The translations under genes were made by a program, and so were the position numbers. A DNA stretch of 63,047 nucleotides, filler included, from Dugesia japonica (lineage: Eukaryota): the NCBI GenBank assembly GCA_001938525.1. It is 6 parts of 6 records of this genome, joined end to end, with 100 filler letters (N's around TTAATTAATTAA, not from the genome) between each part and the next. Parts side by side here need not be neighbours in the genome. Positions count along the whole stretch, not along the records: positions 25,438 to 34,364 come from MQRL01230547.1; positions 34,465 to 44,693 come from MQRL01496605.1; 4 more parts are not named here. One strand, 5' to 3'. This document shows, piece after piece, positions 25,438 through 37,615 of this stretch. Under the pieces are notes generated by a model that did not search any database, had not been told where the DNA came from, and saw only the letters and a program-made list of their open reading frames with translations. How positions within the stretch are numbered: position 1 is the stretch's first letter; each line of letters opens with the position of its first letter.

Positions 25438-26930
25438 AATTTCTCCTCCACAAAAACTAATAATAAATAATAATTATAATAATAATAACAATAAATTAAG
25501 AAATCACAATAGTCAGATATTAACACAAAATGGAAAGATTTAGATACAGATAGAAGATTGGATATGATAAGAGAAATGCATCAGTTTCTAGCACACGCAG
25601 GAACAGAAAACGTTGCCAAATATATTAGAAACATTATGACATGACTAGGTTGGGTGAAATGTAAAGGAAATTGTAGACAGATGCAAAGCATGTCAGCGTG
25701 TGAAAGTAGTAACAACTAAATCTAAAGAAGAAACTATAAAATCTGAGTTGGCGAGGCCGTTTGAGAGAATATCTATTGATATAACATGACCATGGCCAGA
25801 AACCTTCGATCAAAATAGTAAATATATCTTTGACAGCAACAGCAAAACAAGATGAAGAGTCAATAACACGTATGTTAAAAGATAACTGGTTATTAAAGGT
25901 AAGAGCTCTGTGATATATTCATACAGATTGTGGTAAGATACTTGAATCACAAAGAATGAAGAAATTCGCCGATAAGATGAATATTAAGCTATGTTTCTCA
26001 AATCCTTATCCCCATAATACGAATGAACAGGTAGAAAAGCAATTTCGGACTATCATAGACTGAATTCGGGCATCAATAGCAGACAGAAACGCAAAGAATT
26101 GGGCAGAAATTCTACCACAGATTAAATTTGTGGCGAATGGGACAGTTCAAAAACATTAGGTAAAAGCCCGACAGAAACGGTTTTTGGTAGAAAAATTTGC
26201 AGATAAAGATGGTTTCCACCTAGACAACTAGAGTTCGAGAAGATAGACAATATACCGAAGGTTACGTACCCAACCAGGAGAACATTCGCTATTGGAGATG
26301 CAGTGCTTATCAAGGAGGGGACAAGAAATAAGGACCAGGATCGTTTTGTAGGTCAATTATTAGTAGTAAAAAAGATACATGATCGAAGATATTTGATTCG
26401 AGATGATCTGGGTCGGATAATAGAAAGAAATGTTCAATAGATCAGAAGATTTCTTAAAGAAGGGGGATTTGAGTATGATATTTGAATTGTTTGATTTCAA
26501 TTTTATTTGCGCAATTAAATATTTATAGTTTATTAAACTTAAAATATTTCAAGAAACTAATTAAAATAATTATTGCGTATATTTGTTTGAATTTTAAAAC
26601 TATTCTAATTCAGTGTTTTCAATTTAAAGAATCTTTGTCATAAATAAATGTTTGATGAGGATAGCGTTTTTCTTGCTAATAGTGCTAATTGTAATGGTTT
26701 GGTTATCAAAGTGAAAGTGCGATTGAAGGTGCAATTAGGTGAGAGCATATCGGAAGTGGAATCTATTGTAGCGGAAAATTTGTTTCCAGATATTATTGCA
26801 GGGATAAATTTCAAACGTATTTTTGTATTCCAGTTATGTAGAGAAATTGGGTTATCCAGAGAGATAAGGAATGGAGATTGTTGGAAAACATTGAAGCCAA
26901 TTTTGGTAAGAACTTTCAATATTGTCTAAA
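25438..26930 (+). mobile_element. Ty3/gypsy 3' end: integrase pseudogene, polypurine tract and 3' LTR remnant
   Basis: HQFLAHAG...CKACQ (HHCC), RPFERISIDI, IHTDCG and TNEQVEKQFRTI. PPT AAAGAAGGGGGA at about 26456-26467. Confidence 0.88.
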
Positions 26931-27169
26931 CCGGGAAAATATTTGACCACATCATCCAAATTGACTATTCCCGAAGAAACATTCAATCAAATCACCAAAC
27001 AATTACCCAAACTAACAAATCGCGAGTAAATATTTCACCAAATCATTCAAAAATTATTCTAAACCAATCAAAAATTAACCTTATTGACCTCGCCGAGGAA
27101 ATAATGTATGATGATTCAATGGTTTGATAGTAAAAATAGAGTAAGCCAGTGCTACACTATCTACCTATT
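26930..27169 (-). mobile_element. Polinton-type terminus with subterminal minisatellite
   Basis: Ends CCAGTGCTACACTATCTACCTATT. Internal repeats are related to 30900-31460 and 34040-34364. Confidence 0.55.
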
Positions 27170-27429
27170 ATTATCTTTACATAAAAATGCATAGTAGGTA
27201 GATTGTGCAACATTGACACAGTGCATTTAGTTGGTATTTTAAAAACAACCAAAAAACGTTGTTTACAAATGAAAAAATTGAAGACCAAATTTAAAAAATT
27301 TAATTTTTAATAATTAATTAATTAAATATTAAAATGTAATTATATCTATATCAAATATTTTTTCTGTTAAAAGATTTCTTAAAATATAAGTTATTAATTC
27401 TCAAATTTGTTTCTTTATTACTAATTACA

Positions 27430-27792
27430 TTTCTATTATTAAGAGAAGAATATCAATTTGAAAGGTCTTTTGTAAAAATAATTGTAGAACAAAAAATTGA
27501 ACCGCAATAAATTTAAGAACAACCCCCCCGTTCTTTATTTTTGCGCAGACATATGCAACTGTTCAAGCGCGCACGTATCCACCACGTTGGTTGTTGTGGT
27601 ACATTTGTTGTACAAATGTTTTATGAGGATAGCGTTTTTCTTGCTAATAGTGCTAATTGTAATGGTTTGGTTATCAAAGTGAAAGACATGCAACTGTTTC
27701 AGCGCGCACGTATCTACCACGTTGGTTGTTTTTTATACAATTACTTTTACAAAAGCTTTTATAAATTTATATTCTTCTCTTAATAATAGAAA
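27430..27792. repeat. Foldback (MITE-like) with internal direct repeats
   Basis: TTTCTATTATTAAGAGAAGAATAT and its reverse complement form the arms. About 45-bp direct repeats at 27548-27596 and 27686-27730. Confidence 0.75.
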
Positions 27793-27834
27793 TTTTATTA
27801 GTTTGATACAAAATAACTAATGACATTATAAAAG

Positions 27835-28253
27835 TCAAGTCCCTTTGTTTGGTGCATTATTCTCGGATTCGCCCCCGTCAGCGATGTTTCTCAGATCCCA
27901 TAAAGTGTTATTTTTGTCACTGTATAATCTCGTGCTGGGTGGTACGTGCTCGACTGAGATAGAGATCACTGATGGACCTGAACGCCATTCACTAGTAGTC
28001 TCAATTTCCCCAGTATTTATATGCGGGAACGCGGTGATGGAATGATATACTTCTCGGGCCCGATCCGGGCTATTCCAAGTATAAAAAACCTGACGTTCGG
28101 CTTCGGCCCATTCCTGCTCGTTCTCAGCGTCCTCCTTTTCTAAATTCAAGTAATCTACTAGGACGCCCGCATTCCGATTGTAGGCATTCGTGTACTTCCT
28201 AAATATTGTGCGACCAGTGCGTTGGTCCAACAAAACTTCCTATTTGTGATTCA
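27835..28253 (-). pseudogene. Cassette ORF3 (copy B)
   Basis: ttctag|TG-NHK*EVLLDQRTGRTIFRKY...EDAENEQEWAEAERQVFY, homologous to 42972-43391. Confidence 0.85.
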
Positions 28254-28378
28254 CTAGAAAAATAAAATGGGTTTTTGTTCATAAAAAGAATTTAGCTAAT
28301 ATATTAATTAATTCTATAAGAAACTCGAACATAGGCTCAATAAGTTTATTATTTTATAAAACGTTAACGATACTACTT

Positions 28379-28564
28379 TCAGATTTCTGTGTCGATATCC
28401 ACCTGAAAATTCGGAGGAAACCTCTCAACGAAATAGCTAAGATCCGTTTCGTCAGGATGTTCGACTCTTCCGCGAGAAAAAATGCAGGCCAGCAGTTGTT
28501 TTCAACGATCAACTCGACGCTGCTTTCAGATGATCTGGAGGGAATTAATGAGCTCTGTTGTCAT
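28379..28564 (-). pseudogene. Cassette ORF4 (copy B)
   Basis: tttag|TA-ATG, then KQLLACIFSRGRVEHPDETDLSYFVERFP. Two internal stops. Confidence 0.8.
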
Positions 28565-29792
28565 TACTAAACGTATGAAAATTGATTATTAATAAGTAGT
28601 AGAATCACCCTATCACCTAGTGGGTAAAGATGTAAGTAAAAGTAGTTCTTATCAGCTGGAATCAATGTAAAAGGTTGGGTGAACTACATGCGCTGGCATA
28701 ATTTTATGTGATAGAAAATATAATTGTAGCTTTCGCTTATTAACTGAAGCAAACCCTCGTTATCAGTAGGGGATAAAAACCTTCTCGGTTATTCATTTAA
28801 AGCTGTATTTGGAACTGCTAACTACAACTATGCGCTAAACTTTATTGAATTATAAAATTATGATGAATAAAAAAATTTTTTTAATGACATTTAATAACAA
28901 AACAACTCAACTGAAATCTAATTACTCATATACCCTTTACTACCTGTGACAAAATCAGTAATAAGATAAAATCAAGTCTACATATATGGTGATTACGAAA
29001 ATACTCTTTTCTTGATGGTATAACGCTGTTGTTCTCTCAACCCACATTATCGTGTGAGTCACAGGATGAAATTATCGTTGATGTTGGCAGAGTGATTATT
29101 TTAAATCCAAATTTTCATGACTTCCAAATATCATCCGCATGAAGGCTGAATACCTAAGTCAAGTATGGAACTTCACTTTGTAAAAAAATCATATTAGATT
29201 GGTGCCTCCCTAAATTCTGTAGGTGTTATTTTACAGAATAGTGGCCATTGCTAGATACATAAAAGTGGTTGTTTTTTCTTCTTTTTTTGGTCGATAATTT
29301 ATTGATGAGACAAATAAAGATATTAGCTGATACTAGATAAGGTTTAATTCAATAGCATAATGACTGTGTCAGAGATTTCTGTTGATACATACATGTCTTG
29401 TGTGTATGTCACGTTATTTACCAATGAGGTCATTTATTGATTTATCATACCTTTGTGAAATGAGTGCAGTAGTCCTAATGGTTGTATTAGTTTATGTGGC
29501 AATACGTGTGGTGACTACTGGTTAAACAACGACTCTACCATACTAGATAATTTCATTCATTAATCCATAATCACATCAATGATGGCTAAAAATAGTAACA
29601 AGAATGAAATGGAATCTTTTAGTGACTAATGATTTCCGGTTTAAACCGAATGTTAGCAGTACTTAAACAGATCATAAATAAATATTAAATTAATGATTAA
29701 TGTCACACTTATTTTATTAATAATGTAGTAACTAGACTTCATTTGACAAGTATTTATTAAATAAGCAAAATTCATGATTACAAAACGAATTT

Positions 29793-30495
29793 TATAACAA
29801 AGACTGAATAATTACGATTTTCTGCAACGGGAACGAGTAAATAGGTCTATTTTCTTTATGACAAAATTCTGGATGATGGTTCACTAATATTTTTCTCGGG
29901 TTCACTTGACTATTTTGATCTGTAATAAGTTAACGTTAACAATCCACTGAATAAGAGACCAATGTTACTATGCCGAAATTATTCTTTGATCTATTCTACT
30001 AATTTGCCCAACAAAGTTTTTTCAAATAATTCACAGCGTTGATAGTAATAGAAAAGTTTTCTCTTCGATAGATCAATAAATTTCAGAGATGCTACAATAA
30101 TTCTCAGTCGCTTACAATTTATGAAAAATGTGTGCTGTTTTCTTCTAATTTTCATGGGGCTTATATAGTTTACCAGATACAACCCAACATTATTGCAATT
30201 GGGCTTCTTTTTTTGATTCAAAATTCTGGTCTTTCATTGGTTCCGGTGCTAATTTTTTTAGATTTTTCATAGATTTTTGGCTTCTATTGGTGACTATTTT
30301 TGGAGTGCCATGTGATGATCTGGTCTTAGTTTTATTTTCCTTTTCTGGCCCCTTGTTGGCCCATTTGTCTAACCCTTGTATGGACCTTCCTGATGGTGCT
30401 ACGATTTTCGGGTTGACAAATTCTATTGCCCCAGATCTTTCGCTTTCTAGATTTTTTTTACGAGTCACTGTAAGTATGTCGAGCGGAGATAATCA
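29793..30495 (-). pseudogene. Cassette ORF5 (copy B), basic ~230-aa protein
   Basis: tttttag|TG start, KENKTKTRSSHGTPKIVTN, and end PVAENRNYSVLL*. Homologous to 61115-61828 and 40260-40800. Confidence 0.65.
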
Positions 30496-30899
30496 CTAAA
30501 AACTGATTTTCGTTCAATTTCATTTTATTTTTTCGTCCAAATTAATTAATTTTTCTGTGAAAAATAATTATTTTCCAATAAAAATTTTTTTTGTCTTTTA
30601 TTATTAATTTGATAATTTTCTTTAATTACTGGTATGGTTGCTGGTTAATTTTTGTTCACTCAAGATCTCCATGTCCATCTTCTTTTTATTAGTTTTTGTT
30701 ATATTTTAACAATATTAGTTATTTAAAATTGCTTTTCTTTTCGACTTCTTTTACTGATTGATTATTATATTCTTTCAACTGCGTTTTCTTCCCAACCACC
30801 GTTTTCAATGTTTTATGATTTGGGCCCCTGGCCTTGATTTCTTCTTAACTGGGTGCTTCACCCCAACACTATCAAACCATTGAATAATCATACATTATT

Positions 30900-31460
30900 T
30901 TCTCAGTGAGGTTGAATAAGATTAATTTTTTAATGATTTGGTGAAATATTTCCTCAGGAATAGTCAGTTTGGGCAATTTTTGGATAATTTGGTCATTTAT
31001 TTCCTCGGGAATCGTTAATTTGGTTCATTTTTGGGTGACTTGGTCAAATATTTCTTCGTGATTGGTAATTTTTTTGGTGGTTTAGGTAAAATTGGTTGAA
31101 GATTTCTCGGTGAGGTCGAATCTGGGCAAATTTGGTCGGTTTTAGGTGAATTCAATCAAATATTTCTTTGGGAATGGGTAATTTGGGTAATTTTGGGGTG
31201 ATTCGTTCAATGATTTACTCAGGAATTGTCAATTTGGGTCAGTTTTGGTCAATTTAGTTCATTATTGGGAAGTTTGGTCTAAAGCTTTCTCGGTGAGGTT
31301 GAATGAGGTCAATTTTTGGTTGGTTTTGGTGAATTTGGCTCAGTTTTGGACGATTCGGTCAATTATTTACTCGAATTTGGTAATGTTAGATTATTATTTC
31401 CTCGGGATTGGTGATTTTTTGGGTTATTCGGTCGAATATTTCCTCGGATAGATTAGTTTG
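30900..31460. repeat. Degenerate ~40-bp minisatellite
   Basis: Recurring ttggtcaaatatttcctcggga and ggtgaggttgaat units, the same family as 34040-34364. Confidence 0.8.
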
Positions 31461-31499
31461 TATGAATTTTAAGGAAATTCGTGTAAAAAGTTGGATTTG

Positions 31500-31998
31500 T
31501 TTAAATTTTCAAGTTTTCTTGAGAAAGAAAAAACAATCAACTCTCAGTATAATATAAGCCTATTGGACCAATTGGATGACAAAATTCGTGGAAAATAACC
31601 AGGTTTGCAGAAGAAAAAAATCATTTTTCTGCTAGAAAATTCACAGGCGTACAAAAGCACTTTGACCATGACAAAATTCAATGAATTAAAGTACGACTGG
31701 CTTGATCATCCACCTTATTTACCTAATTTAGCTCCATCAGACTTCTTTCTTTGCTCAAACCAGAAAATATTCTTATCTGGAAAGCGTTTTCGTAACAATC
31801 AAGAAGTAATTGATGCTGTACACAGCATTTTGGCAAGTCTTGATGAAAGTCATTAGAACCAAGGTATCCATTTGCTAGAAAAACGTTGGACTAAATGTGT
31901 TCAGCTAAAAGGAGTTTTTGTAGAAAATTAATGTAATTTTTGAACAATAAATGTTTTTTTATTCTTTTCATTTTCAAAACGTTTCAAAAAGCCTTCGT
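31500..31998 (+). pseudogene. Mariner transposase C-terminal fragment
   Basis: KKKIIFLLEN...LDHPPYLPNLAPSDFFL...GKRF, followed by LEKRWTKCV. Confidence 0.9.
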
Positions 31999-32719
31999 AC
32001 TTTGATCATTTATCTCAAATATTAATCTTTTTCATCCAAAGTGATCCATTCAGACTGATTGAATTATTCTTATATTTTCGCTCCATGTCACCATTGTTAT
32101 TTATCGCATTCATTATGTCACTAGATAGCATCATCAATGTGATGACTTGGGCAATTTTTGACAATAAAGTCAATTGCATCTTAAATTACAAAACAATTAT
32201 TGATAATATGTAAAAACATCTTTTACTTTGATAAAAATTATCTTATTTTAAAATTTATTAAGTCAAAATTGTCAAATTAATCTACATCACACGATAAAAA
32301 ATCAACACTTTTTAATTAAATACACTCGATTGTTTTTAATATTTATTCTCATTAATTATCATTGGTAATTCTCAGATAGTGAAATGATACCAAAAACCAT
32401 TTTTATAAAATTCAAAAATTCTATGTTTTGATTTTATAATAAAGCATGTATTCTTTGATATAAATTCTTTACACAAAATATGGATAGTTTTAAATTCTCT
32501 ATCGAAATGTATCAAAATATTATCAAATATATGAATATTTCGCGTTTGTACAGGGGTTTTTTTTAATTTAAAATTTAAAATCTTTAATAACTAATATGTC
32601 AGATTGAAATGCTAAAATAGTAGTAATGTCCATCATATTATTACACGTACAACAATACCATTATCATTATCCTAGCATGCATATACTTCTTTTAAATTCA
32701 AAATTTTAAACTTTAAAGT

Positions 32720-33400
32720 CTTTGTTACAGCGCGCCACTGAGAATTAAGTCGAATTACAATGATGGTGACTACTTGATTGCCACCTTAAAAGATTTTCCA
32801 ACAAAGAAACACACAAGACATGGATTGTTTATATATATTGGAATGTCAGCACAACCTGTTGTCACAAGATAGGCAAGTTGGTTGAATGCTGCAAAGTACT
32901 ATGCTGAACACTTTGTAACGATTAAAGCAATTATTGACAACTTTAAAGATGATGGAACAATTGTTAAGCGAGCAAAACAAAGTGTTTTAAATCCAAAAGT
33001 AACCGAGACTTTTCGAGAGGATGTCAAAATTATATTGTTTTGGCTAAAATTATTATTATTCATACTGAGAGTACAGATTACACAATTGAGTCTGTCTTTA
33101 AGGAACTTTCTGAATTGTATTTCATTAAATATCCATGTCATATTAAAGAGTAAAAAGACAGAAGATTTGTGAAAAATGGTATAATGAGCCATAAAATTTC
33201 CTTATTAAGTTCAAATATTGATCAAAGAAGCCAAATTTTATTTTATATGTTTAAAAAATGATTGCCCTAATAATGACAATAAGGGATATGAAAACGGAAT
33301 CAATTTCACCAATGTTATTTTTGTAATGAAATGTCAACCTACTTCATCTTGTGTTGAAAGAATTTTTCTAGGCTGAATAAACTTTTGGCAAAAGACCAAA
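32720..33400 (+). pseudogene. hAT-like transposase remnant
   Basis: QPVVTR*ASWLNAAKYYAEHF (TRW motif) and CQPTSSCVERIF (hAT C-terminal motif). Confidence 0.75.
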
Positions 33401-33884
33401 ATATAAAGTTTTACATTGTTTAATAAAATATAAAGTCTTGATATATTTTTCATTTATAAAGCTCAATTTTCTTAAGGTTGCTAAGCAGTGATAATTGTTT
33501 AAAACATAAAGTCAAAAATTTGTCAAAACTTTTCACAAATTAGTCAAAATATTGGTCAAAAAAATCAGACTTTGTCTTTTCATAAGGTTAAAAAACGATT
33601 GTCCTAGTGAAGACATTCTACAGTTTAAAATCGGTTTGGTGTGTACTACTAGTTAATAATAATGCTAACTGCACTCCAAGCATTGATAATCGTTTAAATA
33701 AAAAACCCAAAATTTAAATCCAAAGAACATTTATTAATTTAGTTGAAAGATAATAAAAATAAATATTATGTAAATGTTGACATTTTGAATTTTAAAATTT
33801 TGTTTAAGCAATTGACAATTTATTGAAAAGTGTTGTATTAGATAATGATGATTAGATTTCATCATTCAAGCATTAATGTACATA

Positions 33885-34364
33885 AGTAGATAGATAGTAG
33901 CAGTAAAGAACAGCACACATTCAATACGCCCCCTCCCATCTATGTAATCGGATTATTACATAACTGTTTTTAAATTTTTCTAATGTATTTAGTTAGGAAA
34001 GTATTTTAGGCTTTTTACACAGCAATATTTTTTAAGCTGTTTAGTTGGGAATTTATTCGGCGAGGTCAAATAAGGTCTATTTTTATTGGTTTTAAGTGGT
34101 TTTTGTCCAAAAATTTTTCAGTGAGGATGAATAAGGTCTATTTATTGGATGGTTCAGGTGAATTTGGCCAATTATTTCCTCGAGATTGGTTGGTTTAGGT
34201 AACTTTTGGGCGTTTTGGTCAAATTTTTCCTGATGATTTTTGGGTGATTTAGGTGAAATTGGTCCAATTTTTCTTGATGAGGTCGAATGAGGTTGGATTT
34301 TGATTGGTTCTGATGAATTTGGTCGAAAAATTTCTCGGTGAGGTTGAATAAGGTTGATTTTTCA
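33885..34364 (+). mobile_element. Polinton-type terminus followed by minisatellite
   Basis: AGTAGATAGATAGTAGCA...CCCCCTCCC, then ~40-bp repeats running to the gap. Confidence 0.55.
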
Positions 34365-35886
34365 NNNNNNNNNNNNNNNNNNNNNNNNNNNNNNNNNNNN
34401 NNNNNNNNTTAATTAATTAANNNNNNNNNNNNNNNNNNNNNNNNNNNNNNNNNNNNNNNNNNNNATCGACCAGTGTTAAAATATTTTTCTTGTAAACATA
34501 AACGTGTTCATCCGTTCTCTTGTATTTTAAAGCTTCCTCTAAGTCTTGTATTAGAGTATTATTTTTGTGGAACGCTTTTCTCAGTCAGTCCTCAAAATCT
34601 AATAATTCATCTTGGCATTCGTATGCTTCTTTTAATTGTCGATCAGTTAAGCCAACCACCAAGAGGTTTTTATACTTTTTCTTTACACCTATACATTCGA
34701 AGTATTTGGTGCAACCATTGATAAATTGTTCAATATCGTCACCATGCTGGCAAATTCCTGGTGTAGTGCTTCTCGAATGAGGTCCATTGAAGTGTTGGTC
34801 GCCATGTTAGTTACTGATAAACTTTCTGAAAAGTCCATTAAATTCAATAAATTTTTATTTATAACACAAAATTTCAAATCTTCAAATCTTCCAAAACACT
34901 ATGTTTTTAAAAGTTGAATATTTAAACAAACATTTTAAAAAATTCTTGAAATCTTTTGAAACATTTTCTTCAAACTTTAAATTCCGATTTTCAATTTTTG
35001 ATCCTTACAATAGATATATGATATTACATTACAAATAAAAAATTTTAGATTTTTCTAAAAACACGATCAAACTACTGCTGATTTCGTCTGAATTCGTAGC
35101 GTATGCAATTTCAAACAATCTTACAAAAATCATATATTTAATCCAAAATACTTTTAAAAAGTAAATATTCAATTCAAAACAATTACTTAAAATTTCATAA
35201 AAAATTTTAACACTTAGTGAAATTCGAAACTTAGAAATTTTTAAACAAAATAAAAATAAATAATTTAAAAGCGCTTACACGTTTAATCGTTTGATTAAAA
35301 TTTTAATTTTGTCAAAGTGATTACATAAATTTCTATAGCTTACATTCTACGCTCTTCTTTTTTTCTAGGGATCTTTAAAATTGGGTATATTTTTTCATCT
35401 TATTTATTCTAGATAAATAATATTTAACCTTGGAATTCGCTAGATTTTCATTAAAAATAACTAACAAAATTTATTAGATTACAATCATTATCCAATGATT
35501 CTAGAAATCTTATTACTAAATAAATTTTATAATTTAACATTGTTCAGTACAATTTTAAAATTAAAAGAAATGTTAGTTAGAACACAAGATTCTTCCAAAA
35601 ATAATTTTTTATTAAAATTAAAATCATAATTGCAAAACTGATAATATATAAACAAAGTTTATATATCAATTTATAACTGATATATAACTGTTACAATAGA
35701 AAATTTATTACAACTAACAATTACTAAAGATATGCGAAAACCAGATAATATAAATTACAAAAAATATTAAAAGGTTTTCTACTATTCTTAAATTATTCTG
35801 CTGCGATCCACTATTGATTCATTTCAAATTATTGCTTCAAAAGGAACTTATATTTGTGATTTTATCTTAATTACTTTTACATTTAG

Positions 35887-36329
35887 TTTTACTTGTTACA
35901 ATGCAATCAAGAGAACAACATGGGGATATGGTCCGATTTGAAATGAGAGTTAATCATGTGTATAGGATTGATACTTTAAAATTTTCTGAAACAAATCCAG
36001 ACTTCCTTGCTTCGATGAATGGAATAATTTCAAATCAATTTAGCCATTCAACATTTCCTATGTGGATAAAAGAAGCAGATCTTAAGTGTAAATGTCCATC
36101 ATTATTACTCGGAATGACATATTTAGTTGTTCTAAAATTACATACAATTAAATACTTGGAAAGATCTGAATTATTATTGGATCAAAAGAGTGTAGCTTTA
36201 CCCTGGCAAAAAACTTGGGAGCGTCGAATGAAAAAATTTGCAAGTAAAGAACAACAAGGTTTATGTGTAAAATGGAAATTAAAACGTAGTTATCGTCATC
36301 AATATAGACAAAGTAATAGATATGTATAA
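35887..36329 (+). CDS. Last coding exon of a netrin gene (NTR/C345C domain)
   Basis: Acceptor ttttacatttag, then WIKEADLKCKCPSL..G.TYLVV...LLLDQKSVALPWQKTWERRMKKF...G.C, which fits the netrin C-terminal consensus. Intact frame. Confidence 0.88.
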
Positions 36330-36779
36330 ACATGTCATTGATTGTATTGATATTAACTAATTATTATTTATATCATTCAAGATTATCCATCTCATTTTGA
36401 TTACTTTTAGAAATTTGATTTTCTCAATAAATTTACATCAATGTTCACCTTCGAAATAATTTAAAATGAAGTTTGAAATTAATAATTAAAATCTATAAAT
36501 TAGAAATGATAATTTAAAAATTTATTATTAAAATAAATAATTAATAAAGAGATGACATGAAACTTGATTCCTTGACATGTGATTTCTGTTAGTTGCTCCT
36601 TTGGAAAGTTGATATCATGAACAGTTTATACCATAGATTATAATTTAATAGAATACGATTGACAGTTGAACATTTTTAATAAATTAATAAAAATGTGTAT
36701 TTATTTTTAATTTTAATAATAATTTACAATAAAAACAGAAATTTAACAAATATTTTATTCATAAGATAAATGACCAATT

Positions 36780-36810
<31 letters not shown>

Positions 36811-37024
36811 TATATCTAAAAATATTAGTTGTGATTTGGAAAATGAATTTTCAATTGAAAATTTACCCAACAAGTAAAATATAAAACAAGTTAAATAATT
36901 AAATATGAATGCATAATTTTTATAAAAAATATTTAGAAATACATATTTTAATAAAAATATCTGATTTATGTAAAAATGTGATCATTTTGTCCATGTGGGG
37001 TTTTGTATATATATATATATCTCA

Positions 37025-37615
37025 AATTGTTCTGAACTGTCTTTCGAAAAGTAAAGTGAAAGAAATCTGGCTTCAATATTTCTCATAACTCTGGATTCAG
37101 GAGCTTTCCCTTAATCTAGTCATATTTCTCTTGGAAATCCAAATCTTAATATCCAATTTTCAGAAATAGCTTTTTGTATTGTTTCCTCGTTTCTCTATGC
37201 AATGCTGTAAGAACCAGATATTTACTGTACTGGTGGATTATTCCCAGAATGTAATTTTTCCGTCCACTTGTTCCCCGTATAGGCCCACACATATCTGTGA
37301 ATATGACTTCAAACAAATTGTTAGCTTCTAAACTCTGTCTTCTCTTAAGTCACTACTTATGTCTTCTGACAAATTTCACAATCACAAACTGACTTCTAAA
37401 TTTTGCTTCACAAATTCTTCGCAATGTATTTGTTTGACATAATATTTGACATAATTTATTTCTTCTATTGTCTTATGTATTTTGTTATCCGGAATTTTAA
37501 TTTTCTTGAATAAATTAAGAGCTTTATGATCTGTTTTAAGAATAAATCTTCTACTGTACAAGTAATTTTTGAGATGTATACAGAACTAAAAATCAGCCAA
37601 TAACTCCGCTGCCAC
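37025..37615 (-). pseudogene. Gypsy pol fragment (RNase H to linker)
   Basis: AELLA...HLKNYLYSRRFILKTDHKA. Confidence 0.75.

Larger units (their letters stand above)
27800..30868 (-). mobile_element. Giant LTR-like ORF-cassette element, copy B (right end present)
   Basis: Ends GGGTGCTTCACCCCAACA and holds ORF3, ORF4 and ORF5 homologs in the same order as copy D. Confidence 0.85.

Noticed and set aside
27548-27730. Repeat-spacer-repeat resembling CRISPR
   Set aside because: Only two imperfect repeats, a ~90-bp spacer, eukaryotic context and no cas genes.
34465-35010. Minus-strand ORF remnants, with 34804-35010 duplicated at about 45514-45712
   Set aside because: A dispersed repeat with no recognisable motif. 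A LINE ORF1 5' end is possible but unsupported.
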